Made by a program: the position numbers and the translations under genes. From the NCBI GenBank assembly GCA_964448765.1, contig CAYUXM010000001.1, positions 1 to 63,651 on the forward strand: a stretch of 63,651 nucleotides of DNA, given 5' to 3'. Within the stretch, counting starts at the first letter, position 1. Each line of letters opens with the position of its first letter. A model generated the notes under the pieces. It did no database searches, had not been told where the DNA came from, and saw nothing but the letters and a program-made list of their open reading frames with translations. This document shows positions 31,805-41,621 of this stretch, in pieces. This DNA comes from an uncultured Rhodobacterales bacterium. Lineage in GTDB: Bacteria > Pseudomonadota > Alphaproteobacteria > Rhodobacterales > Rhodobacteraceae.

Positions 31805-32791
31805 TCAGCCTGCGTCAATCCGCGCGAGGATCTCGGCCGCGGCGCTGGCGGGTTCGGCGCGGCCCGCCGCCACCTCGGCGCCCAGCGCCGCCATCCGCGC
31901 CGTCACGGCCGGGTCGTCGGCAAGCCGGGCAAGCAGGCCCTGCCGTACCTCGGCCTCGAACCAGCCCCGCGCCTGCTCCGCCCGGCGACGGGCGAAATGG
32001 CCCTCGGCCCTGCGCCAGTCCACCAGCGCCCGCATCTCGGCCCAGGCCTCGGCGAGCCCGTTTTCCTCCTGCGCGGAAACCGACAGCGCCTTTGGAAAGC
32101 CCTCCGGGTCTTGCGGGCGCCGGCGCAGCAGCCGCAGCGCCCCGGCATAATCGGCGCAGGTCCGCAGCGCCGCCGGTTTCAGATCGCCGTCGGCCTTGTT
32201 GACAAGGATCAGGTCGGCGATCTCCATGATCCCGCGCTTGACGCCCTGCAACTCGTCGCCGCCGCCGGGCGCCAGCAAGAGCACGAAAAGGTCGGTCATC
32301 TCGGCGACCAGCGTCTCCGACTGGCCCACGCCGACCGTCTCGATCAGGATCACGTCGAAGCCGGCGGCCTCGCACAGCGCCGCCGCCTCGCGGGTGCGCC
32401 GGCCCACGCCGCCCAGTTCCGCCTGGCTGGGCGAGGGGCGGATGAAGGCGCGCGGGTCGCGCGACAGCCGTTCCATCCGCGTCTTGTCGCCCAGGATCGA
32501 GCCGCCGGAGCGGGCCGAAGAGGGATCGACGGCCAGCACCGCCACCTTGAGGCCCCGGCCGGTCAGCATCGTCCCGAAGGCCTCGATGAAGGTCGACTTG
32601 CCCACGCCCGGCGTGCCCGACAGCCCGATCCGCAGCGCCTGCCGCCCCGATCCGGCCAGCCGCGCCAGCAGCGCGCGCGCCTCGGCCCGGTGATCGGCCC
32701 GGCCGCTTTCGACCAGCGTGATCGCGCGGGCCAGCGCCCGTCGGTCGCCCGCCAGCAGCCGTTGCGCCAGATCCTCCGCCGTCGTCGCCAT
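31805..32791 (-). CDS. meaB: Methylmalonyl-CoA mutase-associated GTPase MeaB (ArgK)
   Basis: [12 protein letters not shown]...ETVGVGQSE...LVNKADGD. Confidence 0.92.
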   Translation of the reverse strand: MATTAEDLAQRLLAGDRRALARAITLVESGRADHRAEARALLARLAGSGRQALRIGLSGTPGVGKSTFIEAFGTMLTGRGLKVAVLAVDPSSARSGGSILGDKTRMERLSRDPRAFIRPSPSQAELGGVGRRTREAAALCEAAGFDVILIETVGVGQSETLVAEMTDLFVLLLAPGGGDELQGVKRGIMEIADLILVNKADGDLKPAALRTCADYAGALRLLRRRPQDPEGFPKALSVSAQEENGLAEAWAEMRALVDWRRAEGHFARRRAEQARGWFEAEVRQGLLARLADDPAVTARMAALGAEVAAGRAEPASAAAEILARIDAG

Positions 32792-32898
32792 GTGCCCCCC
32801 GTGGCGCCCACCCGTGGCGGTGTCATCCGCCGGTTTCCGTTCCGCGTTATCTGCGGGATCGGGCCGGGCCTGTCCAGCCCGCGACCGATGGAACCGCC

Positions 32899-33588
32899 AT
32901 GCGTCTGCCGCGCCACGTCCTGCTCTGCCTTGCCCTTGCCTGCGCGTCGCCCGCGGCTGTAGCGGCCGAGGTCATGGCATTCGACGTCAGCCTCGCGGGC
33001 CTGCCGGTGGCGCGGCTGACGGTGAGCGGCGCGGTGCAGCGCGGGCGCTATGCCGCGGCGATGCAGCTCGGCTCCACCGGGCTTGCCGCGATGCTGCGGC
33101 GGGTCCGTTTCGCGGCGCGGGCCGAGGGCCGCGCCGGACCGGCCGGCCCGGTGCCCGAGCGCTATGCCGAGGATGTCGATACCGGGCGCCGGCAATCGCG
33201 CACCGATCTGGCCTGGCAGGGCGGTCTGGTCACCGCCGGCGCCGGTGCCGGCTGGCCCGCGCCGGTGCCGGCGGCGGGTGCGGTCGACCCGTTGACCGCG
33301 CTGTTCTTCGGGTTGCGCGACCGGCCGGCCGCGGGCCTGTGCCGCTACCGCGCCCGCACCTTCGACGGCACCCGGCGCGCCGAGGTGGCGCTGGCCCCGG
33401 TCGCGGGCGCGCCGGACGCCTGCCGCGGCAGCTTTCGCCGCCTGTCGGGCTATACCGCCGCCGAGATGGCCGAGCGGCGGACCTTCGCCTTCATCCTGCG
33501 CTACGCGCCCGCGCCCGGCGGGCGGATGCGGGCGGTGCGGATCGAGGCCCAGACGATCTATGGCCAAGCGGTGCTGGAACGCCGATAA
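32899..33588 (+). CDS. DUF3108-like secreted protein
   Basis: Signal peptide [24 protein letters not shown]. Overall resemblance to DUF3108 proteins, from memory. Confidence 0.55.
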   Translation: MRLPRHVLLCLALACASPAAVAAEVMAFDVSLAGLPVARLTVSGAVQRGRYAAAMQLGSTGLAAMLRRVRFAARAEGRAGPAGPVPERYAEDVDTGRRQSRTDLAWQGGLVTAGAGAGWPAPVPAAGAVDPLTALFFGLRDRPAAGLCRYRARTFDGTRRAEVALAPVAGAPDACRGSFRRLSGYTAAEMAERRTFAFILRYAPAPGGRMRAVRIEAQTIYGQAVLERR

Positions 33589-33595
33589 CCGGGGC

Positions 33596-36040
33596 ATGGC
33601 CGCATCCGCGCTTCCCATCGATGACGTCCTGCCCGATCTGCTGGCCGCGCTGGCCCGCGCGGGCCGGGCGGTTCTGTCGGCGCCGCCCGGCGCGGGCAAG
33701 ACGACGGGCGTGCCGCTCGCACTGCTGGCCGAGGGCCGGATCGGCGGCCGGATCGTGATGCTGGAGCCGCGCCGCATCGCCGCCCGCGCGGCGGCGGAGC
33801 GGATGGCCGAGGTTCTGGGCGAACCGGTCGGCCGCCGCGTCGGCTACCGGATCCGTGGCGAGGCGAAGGTCACGCGCGAGACCCGGATCGAGGTGGTGAC
33901 CGAGGGCATCCTGACCCGGATGATCCAGTCCGACCCCGAGCTTGCCGGGATCGGCGCCCTGATCTTCGACGAGTTCCACGAACGCAGCCTGAACGCCGAT
34001 CTTGGCCTTGCGCTGGCCTGGGAGGTGCGCGGCGCGCTGCGCCCCGATCTCGATATCCTGGTGATGTCGGCCACGCTGGAGGCCGCGCCGGTGGCCGCGA
34101 TGCTGGACGACGCGCCGGTGGTGGCGGCCGAGGGCCGCGCCTTCCCGGTGGAAACCCGCTGGCTCGACCGGCCGGCCGACCGGTCGATGCGGTTCGAGGC
34201 GCGGGCGGCGGCGCTGATCGACCGGGCGCTGGAGGAAACCGCCGGCGGCGTTCTGGTGTTCCTGCCCGGCGAGGGCGAGATCCGCCGTGTCGCCGGGCTG
34301 CTGGAGGGCCGGCTGCCGGCGGGCGTGCAGCTGCGCCCGCTTTACGGCGCGCTGCCCTTCGCCCGCCAGCGCGCGGCGATCGCGCCGGAACCGGCCGGGC
34401 GGAAACTGGTGCTGGCCACCGCGATCGCCGAAACCTCGCTGACCATCGAGGATGTGCGGGTGGTGGTGGATTGCGGCCGGGCGCGGCGGTCGCGCCACGA
34501 TCCGGCGACCGGCATGGCGCGGCTGGTCACCGAACCGGTGAGCCGGGCCGAGGCCGACCAGCGCCGCGGCCGGGCCGGGCGGGTGGCGGCGGGCATCTGC
34601 TACCGGATGTGGGCGAAGGCCGAGGAGGGCGCGCTGCCCGCCTTCCCGCCGCCCGAGATCGCCGAGGCCGATCTGGCCGGCCTCGCGCTCGACCTCGCGC
34701 TCTGGGGGGCGGGCGCGGCGGAACTGGCCTTCCTCACCCCGCCGCCCGGCCCGGCGCTGGCCGAGGCGCGGGCGCTGCTGGAACGGCTGGGCGCGCTGGA
34801 CGCGGCGGGGCGGATCACCGCGCATGGCCGGGCGCTGGCGGCGCTGCCGCTGCATCCCAGGCTCGCGCATATGCTGGCCGTGGCCGGCCCCGCCGCCGCG
34901 CCGCTGGCCGCGCTGCTGTCCGATCGCGACCCTTTGCCGGGCGCCGGCGCGGACCTCGCCGACCGGCTTTCGGCGCTGGCCGCGCCGGGCCGCGCGCCCG
35001 CGTCCGCGCGCGGCGCGTTGGACCGGATCGCGGCGGAGGCGCGGCGGCTGGCGCGGCTGGCCCCGGCGCCGGAGTCGCCCGGTCTCGGCCCCGGCGCGAT
35101 GGCCGCGCTGGCCTATCCCGACCGGATCGGCCAGCGCCGGGCGGGGGAAGCGCCGCGCTACCTGCTGTCGGGCGGCCGCGGCGCGGTGACGGCGCCGGGC
35201 GAGGCGCTGGGGCGCGAGCCCTTCCTCGTGGCCACCGATCTTGACGGCGCGGGGGTGGAGGCGCGGATCCGCAGCGGCCTGCCGCTGACCGAGGCGGAGC
35301 TCCGCGCGCTTTTCGCCGACCGGATCGGCTGGCATGACACCTGCCGCTGGTCGCGCCGCGCCGGCCGGGTCACGGCCCGGCGCGAGGAGCGGCTGGGCGC
35401 GCTGGTGCTGGCCGAGGCGCCCTGGCCCGACGCGCCGGCCGAGGCGCTGGCGCGGGCGGCGCGCGAGGGGCTCAGGCAGATCGGGCTGACCTGGCCCGCC
35501 GCTGCGGCGCGGTTGCGCGACCGGGTGCGGATGCTGCTGGCCGAGGGCGCAGACCTGCCGGACCTGTCCGATGCCGCGATCCTCGCCGATCCCGACGACG
35601 CGCTGCTGGCCCATCTGGCCGGGGCGCGGACCGCGGCCGATCTGGCGCGGCTCGACCTGATGGCGGTGATCGAGGCGCGGCTGGGCTGGGAGGGGCGGCA
35701 GCGCGTCGACCGCCTCGCACCGGCGGAGTTCGTCACGCCGCTGGGCCGCCGGGTGCCGATCGACTACTCGGGCGAAGCGCCGGCGGTGGCGCTGCGCCTG
35801 CAGGAGCTTTTCGGCGTGACCGAGCATCCGGCGATCGGGCCGAAGCGCCGGCCGCTGGTGATCACGCTGCTGTCGCCCGCGGGCCGGCCCCTGCAGGTCA
35901 CCGCCGATCTGCCGGGGTTCTGGGCCGCCGCCTATGCCGAGGTGCGCAAGGAGATGCGCGGCCGGTATCCCAGGCATCCCTGGCCCGAGAACCCGACGCG
36001 GGCGGCGCCGACGCTGCGCGCCAAGCCGCGCGGGACATGA
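33596..36040 (+). CDS. hrpB: ATP-dependent RNA helicase HrpB
   Basis: APPGAGKTT...DEFHERS...SATL...TAIAETSLTIEDV...QRRGRAGR, with the long HrpB C-terminal region. Confidence 0.92.
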   Translation: MAASALPIDDVLPDLLAALARAGRAVLSAPPGAGKTTGVPLALLAEGRIGGRIVMLEPRRIAARAAAERMAEVLGEPVGRRVGYRIRGEAKVTRETRIEVVTEGILTRMIQSDPELAGIGALIFDEFHERSLNADLGLALAWEVRGALRPDLDILVMSATLEAAPVAAMLDDAPVVAAEGRAFPVETRWLDRPADRSMRFEARAAALIDRALEETAGGVLVFLPGEGEIRRVAGLLEGRLPAGVQLRPLYGALPFARQRAAIAPEPAGRKLVLATAIAETSLTIEDVRVVVDCGRARRSRHDPATGMARLVTEPVSRAEADQRRGRAGRVAAGICYRMWAKAEEGALPAFPPPEIAEADLAGLALDLALWGAGAAELAFLTPPPGPALAEARALLERLGALDAAGRITAHGRALAALPLHPRLAHMLAVAGPAAAPLAALLSDRDPLPGAGADLADRLSALAAPGRAPASARGALDRIAAEARRLARLAPAPESPGLGPGAMAALAYPDRIGQRRAGEAPRYLLSGGRGAVTAPGEALGREPFLVATDLDGAGVEARIRSGLPLTEAELRALFADRIGWHDTCRWSRRAGRVTARREERLGALVLAEAPWPDAPAEALARAAREGLRQIGLTWPAAAARLRDRVRMLLAEGADLPDLSDAAILADPDDALLAHLAGARTAADLARLDLMAVIEARLGWEGRQRVDRLAPAEFVTPLGRRVPIDYSGEAPAVALRLQELFGVTEHPAIGPKRRPLVITLLSPAGRPLQVTADLPGFWAAAYAEVRKEMRGRYPRHPWPENPTRAAPTLRAKPRGT

Positions 36041-36060
36041 GCGTGGCCGGCGTCGCGGCG

Positions 36061-36105
36061 GGGGCTGTCTGCCCCCGCACCCCCGAGGATATTTCCGGAC
36101 CAAAA
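36061..36105 (+). repeat. REP/MITE-like intergenic element, copy B (short form)
   Basis: GGGGCTGTCTGCCCCCGCACCCCCGAGGATATTTCCGGACCAAAAC. Starts 21 nt after the hrpB stop. Confidence 0.75.
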
Positions 36106-36178
36106 CGGGCGCGGGGCGCGCCGGTTGCCCGCGCCGCGCACGTCGCTAAGCTGGGCGCGGCGGCAGGCGGAGGGTGAC

Positions 36179-36889
36179 ATGCGCAAATCGGGTGACGAGG
36201 TGCCGGGCTGGCGGCCGCCGCCACGGCCGGAGGCGGTGGCGATCGAGGGGCAATACGCGCGGCTGGAACCGCTGGCGCAGGCCCATGCGGCGGGGCTGCA
36301 TGCCGCCTATGCCGGTGCGGATGCGCTGTGGGACTATCTGCCCTACGGCCCGCATGCCGATCCGGCCGCGCAGGCGGCCTGGGTGGCGGATTGGGCCGGG
36401 CGCGACGATCCGGTGTTCTTCGCGATCCGCGACCGGGATGCCGGGGGGCGGATCGGCGGCGTGGCGAGCTTTCTGCGGATCCAGCCGGAGGCCGGGTCGA
36501 TCGAGGTCGGCCATATCAATTTCGGCCCGGCCCTGCAGGGCAGCCGCGCCGCGACCGAGGCGATGGCGCTGATGATGGGCCATGCCTTCGCGCTGGGCTA
36601 TCGCCGCTACGAGTGGAAATGCGACGCGCTGAACCTGGCCTCGCGGCGCGCCGCGGCGCGGCTGGGGCTGAGTTACGAGGGCGTGTTTCGGCAGGCCGCG
36701 GTGGTCAAGGGACGCAACCGCGACACTGCCTGGTTCGCCGCGATCGACCGGGAATGGCCGGCGCTGTCGGCGGCGTTCGAGGCCTGGCTCGATCCGGGGA
36801 ATTTCGATGCCGCCGGCCGGCAGAGGCGGCGGCTGTCCGACCTGACGCGCCCGATCCTTGCAGCGCGCGATCCGGTGCCGGCGGGCTAG
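36179..36889 (+). CDS. GNAT family N-acetyltransferase
   Basis: RIGGVASFLRIQPEAGSIEVGHINF...QGSRAATEAMALMMGHAF..GYRRYEWKCDALN. Confidence 0.85.
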   Translation: MRKSGDEVPGWRPPPRPEAVAIEGQYARLEPLAQAHAAGLHAAYAGADALWDYLPYGPHADPAAQAAWVADWAGRDDPVFFAIRDRDAGGRIGGVASFLRIQPEAGSIEVGHINFGPALQGSRAATEAMALMMGHAFALGYRRYEWKCDALNLASRRAAARLGLSYEGVFRQAAVVKGRNRDTAWFAAIDREWPALSAAFEAWLDPGNFDAAGRQRRRLSDLTRPILAARDPVPAG

Positions 36890-37593
36890 AACCGGGTTCC
36901 GCTGGCGAGGCGATCATGCACCATGCCGGCGAGCCGCGTCACCTCGGGTGCGGCGGCGCGGTCGCGGACCACGGCGCGGGCGGCATCCTCCAGCGCGCCG
37001 TCATGCGCCGAAAGCGCGACGCCGGAGAGGAACTGCGCGGCATAGGCGACGCGGCTGGCGTCGCCGGGCTCGGCGAGGAGGCCGGCGGCTTCCTTCAGAT
37101 CGTCCTGCAGGGCCAGCGGATCGGGGCGGATCGTTTCGTCATGGACGGCGCGCAGGCCGAAGGGCCGGGCCTCGGCCGGCAGGGCGCGCAGCACCACGCC
37201 CTGGAAGGCCGCGAGGCTCTCGATCGGTTTCTCGAGGAAGTCGTCGGCCCCGGCCGCTAGCGCCGCATCGCGCAGCTCGCTGCTGCCCGAGGTGCCGAGG
37301 ATCACCGGCACCCGCGGCACCGCGCGGGCGAGATCGGCGATCAGGTCGAGCCCGCTGCCGTCGGGCAGGCCGAGATCGACGACGATCACCGCGGGCCGGT
37401 AGGTCGCGAGATGGCGGCGGGCGGAGCGCAGGCAATCGGCCCGCCGGATCCGGGCGCCGGAGCGCAGGCACAAAAGCCGCATCGCCTCGCAGGCGAAGCG
37501 GCTGTCCTCCACGACGAGCACGGTGAGGCCCTGCAGCGGCCGGTGTCCCGATGCGGGCCGCAGGGCGATGAAGTCGTTCAGGTCGTCGGTCAT
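36886..37593 (-). CDS. Response regulator receiver protein with uncharacterised C-terminal domain
   Basis: LTVLVVEDS...VIVVDLGLPDGSG...DDFLEKP, followed by about 100 aa with no recognisable output domain. Confidence 0.8.
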   Translation of the reverse strand: MTDDLNDFIALRPASGHRPLQGLTVLVVEDSRFACEAMRLLCLRSGARIRRADCLRSARRHLATYRPAVIVVDLGLPDGSGLDLIADLARAVPRVPVILGTSGSSELRDAALAAGADDFLEKPIESLAAFQGVVLRALPAEARPFGLRAVHDETIRPDPLALQDDLKEAAGLLAEPGDASRVAYAAQFLSGVALSAHDGALEDAARAVVRDRAAAPEVTRLAGMVHDRLASGTRF

Positions 37594-37748
37594 CGGTTCA
37601 TTCCATCCCCGGAAATCGTGCAACCGGGAGTAAAGCGGAGACGCCCCTAACGAATCGTAAAGGCGTGGCAGCTTGTGCGACGGTTGCGCCCCTTGCACCG
37701 GCCCGGCGGCGGGGCATATCACTGCGGGGTGTCAACGGAGGGCAACCC

Positions 37749-38153
37749 ATGATCGGACGACTGAACCACGTGGCCATCGCCGTGCCGGACCTCGCGGCCG
37801 CGGCCGAGCAGTACCGCGCGGTGCTGGGCGCCGATGTGGGGCCGCCGCAGGATGAGCCCGATCACGGTGTCACGGTGGTCTTCATCACCCTGCCCAACAC
37901 CAAGATCGAGCTTCTGCACCCGCTTGGCGAAGGCTCCCCGATCGCCGGTTTCCTGGAAAAGAACCCCGCCGGCGGGATCCATCACATCTGCTACGAGGTC
38001 GAGGATATCCTCGCCGCCCGCGACCGGCTGAAGGCCGAGGGCGCGCGGGTGCTGGGCACGGGCGAACCGAAGATCGGCGCGCATGGCAAGCCGGTGCTGT
38101 TCCTGCACCCGAAGGATTTCAACGGCTGCCTCGTCGAACTGGAGCAGGTCTGA
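37749..38153 (+). CDS. mce: Methylmalonyl-CoA epimerase
   Basis: MIGRLNHVAIAVPDL...GGIHHICYEVEDI...VLFLHPKD (VOC fold). Confidence 0.9.
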   Translation: MIGRLNHVAIAVPDLAAAAEQYRAVLGADVGPPQDEPDHGVTVVFITLPNTKIELLHPLGEGSPIAGFLEKNPAGGIHHICYEVEDILAARDRLKAEGARVLGTGEPKIGAHGKPVLFLHPKDFNGCLVELEQV

Positions 38154-38437
38154 TGAGCATCACCGGCGGTCTCGTCCTGTTCGCGGTGATCTGGTTTCTG
38201 GTGTTCTTCGTCACCCTGCAGATCCGGCCCCGCAGCCAGGCGGATGGGGGCGAGGTGGAGCCCGGCACCCCGCCCGGCGCGCCGGCCGATGCCCAGGTCG
38301 GCCGCAAGGCGCGGATCGCCACGGTCGTGACCCTGGCGATCTGGGCGGTGATCGCGGCCGTGATCCTGTCGGGCGCGGTCACGATCCACGACCTGGACTG
38401 GTTCGGCCGTCTCGGCCCCGCGCCTGCGACGAATTAG
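38153..38437 (+). CDS. DUF1467 family membrane protein
   Basis: MSITGGLVLFAVIWFLVFFVTL... The ATG overlaps the mce stop. Confidence 0.7.
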   Translation: MSITGGLVLFAVIWFLVFFVTLQIRPRSQADGGEVEPGTPPGAPADAQVGRKARIATVVTLAIWAVIAAVILSGAVTIHDLDWFGRLGPAPATN

Positions 38438-39132
38438 CGCGGCTCCGCGCCGGTCAGCCGGTGGAAGAGATGGGTGAAGGTCGCGACGCCCAGAACCGGG
38501 ATCGCGAGGTTGACCACGGGAATCGACAGCGGCGCGGCCATAAGCACCCCGGCGGCGAGCACCGTGCCGGAATGGCGCTTGCGCAGCGCCTTTGCGGCCT
38601 TGCGATCCATCCGGCGCATCGCGACGAGGGTGAAGTATTCCCGCCCCAGCAGCCAGCCGTTGACGAACCAGAACAGGATCGGCCCGAACGGGCCGACCAT
38701 CAGGTAGGCGACCAGCGCCAGCAGGTTCACCGCGATCACGACGCCGAGGAAGTTGATCGAATCGATCAGCGCCTCGGCGAAGGGGACCGGCCGCGCGGGC
38801 GGCAGTTGCGGGTAGTGCCGGTCCTCCACCGCGTCGGCGATCCGTTCGAGGAACAGCCCGACGAAGGCCGAGGCGACCGGCACCATCAGGAACACCGACA
38901 GCCCCAGCATCATCAGGATCGAGGCGGCGCCCAGCACCCCGCCGATCCAGGTCACCTCGCCCACGAAGGGCAGGGTGATCGCCTCGGGCACGAACCAGCC
39001 CACGGCCATCACCACGACGACATGCAGCCCGAACAGCAAAAGCAGCGTCAGGCCGACACCAAGTGCGAAGACACCAAGGAACCGGCCATCGCCAAGCTGG
39101 CCCAGCGCGCGGGAAAAACAGCCGAGGATCAC
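38434..39132 (-). CDS. EI24/CysZ-like membrane protein
   Basis: Polytopic membrane protein: FVGLFLERIADAVE...LLALVAYLMVGP...WLLGREYF. The GTG at 39132 overlaps the nitroreductase stop (GTGA). Confidence 0.7.
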   Translation of the reverse strand: MILGCFSRALGQLGDGRFLGVFALGVGLTLLLLFGLHVVVVMAVGWFVPEAITLPFVGEVTWIGGVLGAASILMMLGLSVFLMVPVASAFVGLFLERIADAVEDRHYPQLPPARPVPFAEALIDSINFLGVVIAVNLLALVAYLMVGPFGPILFWFVNGWLLGREYFTLVAMRRMDRKAAKALRKRHSGTVLAAGVLMAAPLSIPVVNLAIPVLGVATFTHLFHRLTGAEPR

Positions 39133-39707
39133 GTCGCCATCCAGCGGGTAATCGCGCCCAGATCGGGGCGCGGGCGCTCCGGCGGCGCGGCGGTTTCGGT
39201 GCCGATGTGGATCAGGCCGGCCAGCCATTCGCCGGGGTCAAGGCCCAGCCCCTCGCGGCCGAAGCCTTCGTCATGCGCGGCCCAGCCGGTCAGCCAGTTC
39301 GCGCCCCAGCCGGCGGCCAGCGCGGCGTTCAGCAGCGCGAGGCAGACCGCGCCGGTGGACAGCACCTGTTCGATTTCCGGGATCTTGTCGGTCGGGCGCG
39401 GGACGTGGATGACGGCGACGGCGAGATTGCCGGTGCGGAACTGCGCGGCGGCCTTGTCCACGCGCTCGGGCGGCAGGCCGGCGGCCTCTGCCCGCGCCGC
39501 GGCGAGGCCGGCCAGCCGCTCCAGCGCCGGTCGTTCCAGCACGATGAAGCGCCAGGGCTCCAGCTTGCCGTGATCGGGGGTGCGCGCCGCCGCCGTCAGG
39601 ATCGGCATCAGCGCCGCGCGGTCGGGCACCGGCAGGGTCAGCGTCTTGGCCGGGCGCGAGCGGCGGGTGAGCAGGAAATCGAGCGCGGCGGGATTCGGGT
39701 CGGGCAT
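39129..39707 (-). CDS. Nitroreductase family protein
   Basis: LLTRRSRPAKTL...TPDHGKLEPWRFIVL. GAGGAG RBS precedes the ATG at 39707. Confidence 0.85.
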   Translation of the reverse strand: MPDPNPAALDFLLTRRSRPAKTLTLPVPDRAALMPILTAAARTPDHGKLEPWRFIVLERPALERLAGLAAARAEAAGLPPERVDKAAAQFRTGNLAVAVIHVPRPTDKIPEIEQVLSTGAVCLALLNAALAAGWGANWLTGWAAHDEGFGREGLGLDPGEWLAGLIHIGTETAAPPERPRPDLGAITRWMAT

Positions 39708-39753
39708 GGTCACTCCTCGGTCGTGTCCGATGTCGGGGGCCGGGCCGGCCGGG

Positions 39754-40857
39754 TCAAGGGCCAAGCAGCATGTCGGCCAGCCGCCCGATATGGGCCGAGA
39801 CATGGGCCTGCCACTCCGGCCCCGGCTGCCGGGTGGCGAGGGTTGCGGCCATCGGGTCGGGGGCGCGGCGGGCGCTGCCCGCCAGCGTCTCGATCGCGGC
39901 ATGGCCGCAGAACGGCACGTAGACCTCGGAATAGCCGCCCTCGTGCACCAGCACCAGCCGGCCGTCGCAAAGGTCGTCCGCCGCCGCCATCGCGCGGGCG
40001 GTGAGCGTGCCGAAGGTTTCCGCGGTGGCCAGCATCCGGCCCAGCGGATCGAAGGCCGAGGCGTCGTAGCCCGAGGCGATCACGATCGCCTCGGGGTGGA
40101 ACCGGTCGATCAGCGGGCGCACGATCCGGTCCCAGGCCTCGAGGTAGCTGGCATGCCCGGTGCCCGGCGGCAGCGGGATGTTGGCGTTGAACCCGGACCC
40201 CGCGCCGATGCCGCGCATCTCTGCCCCGCCGGTGTCGAGCGGGTAGTTGCGGTCCTGGTGCAGCGAGATCGTCAGCACCCCGGGATCGTCCCGGAAGATC
40301 GCCTCGGTGCCGTTGCCGTGGTGCACGTCCCAGTCGATCACGGCGAAGCGGCGGGCGAGGCCCGCGGCCTGCGCCGCGCGGATCGCCACGGCGATGTTGT
40401 TGATCAGGCAAAAGCCGTTCGGATAGTCGGGCAGGGCATGATGGCCCGGCGGGCGCGACAGCGCATAGGCGTTGCGCTGCCGCCCCTCCAGCACCGCGAA
40501 CAGCGCCGCGCGTGCCAGCCCGGCGGACAGCGCGGCGATCTCGTAGCCGCCCGGCCCGAACGGCGTGCGCAGCCCCAACTCGCCGCCGCCGGCGTCGGAG
40601 GCGGCCTTGAACGCGTCGAGATAGGCGGCCGGATGCACGCGCAACAGGTCGTCGCGCGTTGCCTCCGGGGCCGACGAGACCTGCAACTCCGCCAGGAGCC
40701 CGGTCACGGCCAGAAGGTTGACCAGCCGCCGTTTGGTTTCCGGCGATTCGGGCAGCCCGCCGCCGGGCTGCACCAGCCCGCCCACCGGCAGCGTCAGCGC
40801 GTAGTTGCCGCCACCGTGCCAAAGGCAGCGCTCGTCATGGAAAAATCCGGTCGTCAT
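39754..40857 (-). CDS. Histone deacetylase-family amidohydrolase (class II HDAC / acetylpolyamine amidohydrolase-like)
   Basis: RPPGHHA...DWDVHHGNGT...SGYDAS...EGGY. Confidence 0.88.
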   Translation of the reverse strand: MTTGFFHDERCLWHGGGNYALTLPVGGLVQPGGGLPESPETKRRLVNLLAVTGLLAELQVSSAPEATRDDLLRVHPAAYLDAFKAASDAGGGELGLRTPFGPGGYEIAALSAGLARAALFAVLEGRQRNAYALSRPPGHHALPDYPNGFCLINNIAVAIRAAQAAGLARRFAVIDWDVHHGNGTEAIFRDDPGVLTISLHQDRNYPLDTGGAEMRGIGAGSGFNANIPLPPGTGHASYLEAWDRIVRPLIDRFHPEAIVIASGYDASAFDPLGRMLATAETFGTLTARAMAAADDLCDGRLVLVHEGGYSEVYVPFCGHAAIETLAGSARRAPDPMAATLATRQPGPEWQAHVSAHIGRLADMLLGP

Positions 40858-40942
40858 CGGCCCCTCCGTCGCGACCGAACCTATCGGGGCAGGCGGGGAG
40901 GCGCGAGGCCAAAGCGCGGGAAGCGCCGGTTCGCCCGGCGGT

Positions 40943-41185
40943 TCAGGCCTTCACGCCCGGAACCCGGCGGTAGACGCCTTCGGGCAGGTCCAGCGCGGCG
41001 GCGAGGTCGCGCAACTGCGCCAGCGACAGGGTGATCCGCACCACGGTGTCGCGGCGCGGGTCGTATTGCTCGACCGTGACGCAATCCTCGAACCCGTGCA
41101 CCGTCACATCCTCCTGCAAGGGCGCGCCGCCCTCGTCGACGAGGGTGATCACGGTCGCGTCGAAGTCGTGCTCGATCGAGAACAT
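40943..41185 (-). CDS. Hypothetical small protein (80 aa)
   Basis: MFSIEHDFDATVITLVDEGG..., high GC3. I recognise no motif. Confidence 0.5.
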   Translation of the reverse strand: MFSIEHDFDATVITLVDEGGAPLQEDVTVHGFEDCVTVEQYDPRRDTVVRITLSLAQLRDLAAALDLPEGVYRRVPGVKA

Positions 41186-41328
41186 GGCGCGAGCCTAGCC
41201 CAGCGGCCCCGCGCCCGCAACGGCCGTACGCCGGCCGGCAGCGTCAGGCGACGGTTGATCTGGATCATGGCGACACGGCCGGCCCGGCCCGATCCTTTCC
41301 CGCGTGGACCAGCGACGGAGGGCCCGCG

Positions 41329-41607
41329 ATGTTCGGAGCCAAGACGATCAACCGGCATGCCGCCCTGATGAACAGGATGGCGGAAACCCTTGGCGTCGAC
41401 CTCACCGAGGCGATCGCCGATGGCCGGCTTCCGGCCGAGGCCTGGCGCGAGGCGGTCGTGCGCTGCACCGGCTGTTCCGACCCGGAGGGCTGCCAGCACT
41501 GGCTGGCCGAACATGCCGAGGACGAACCCGTTCCGGCGGCGGCGCCGGGCTACTGTCGCAACCGCGACCTGATGCAAAGCCTGCGCCTTGCGCTGGCGGA
41601 AGAGTGA
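41329..41607 (+). CDS. DUF6455-like small Cys-motif protein, paralog 1
   Basis: RHAALMNRMAETLGVDLTEA...VVRCTGCSDPEGCQHWLAEH...GYCRN. Confidence 0.65.
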   Translation: MFGAKTINRHAALMNRMAETLGVDLTEAIADGRLPAEAWREAVVRCTGCSDPEGCQHWLAEHAEDEPVPAAAPGYCRNRDLMQSLRLALAEE

Positions 41608-41621
41608 CGGCGGAGGTCACG

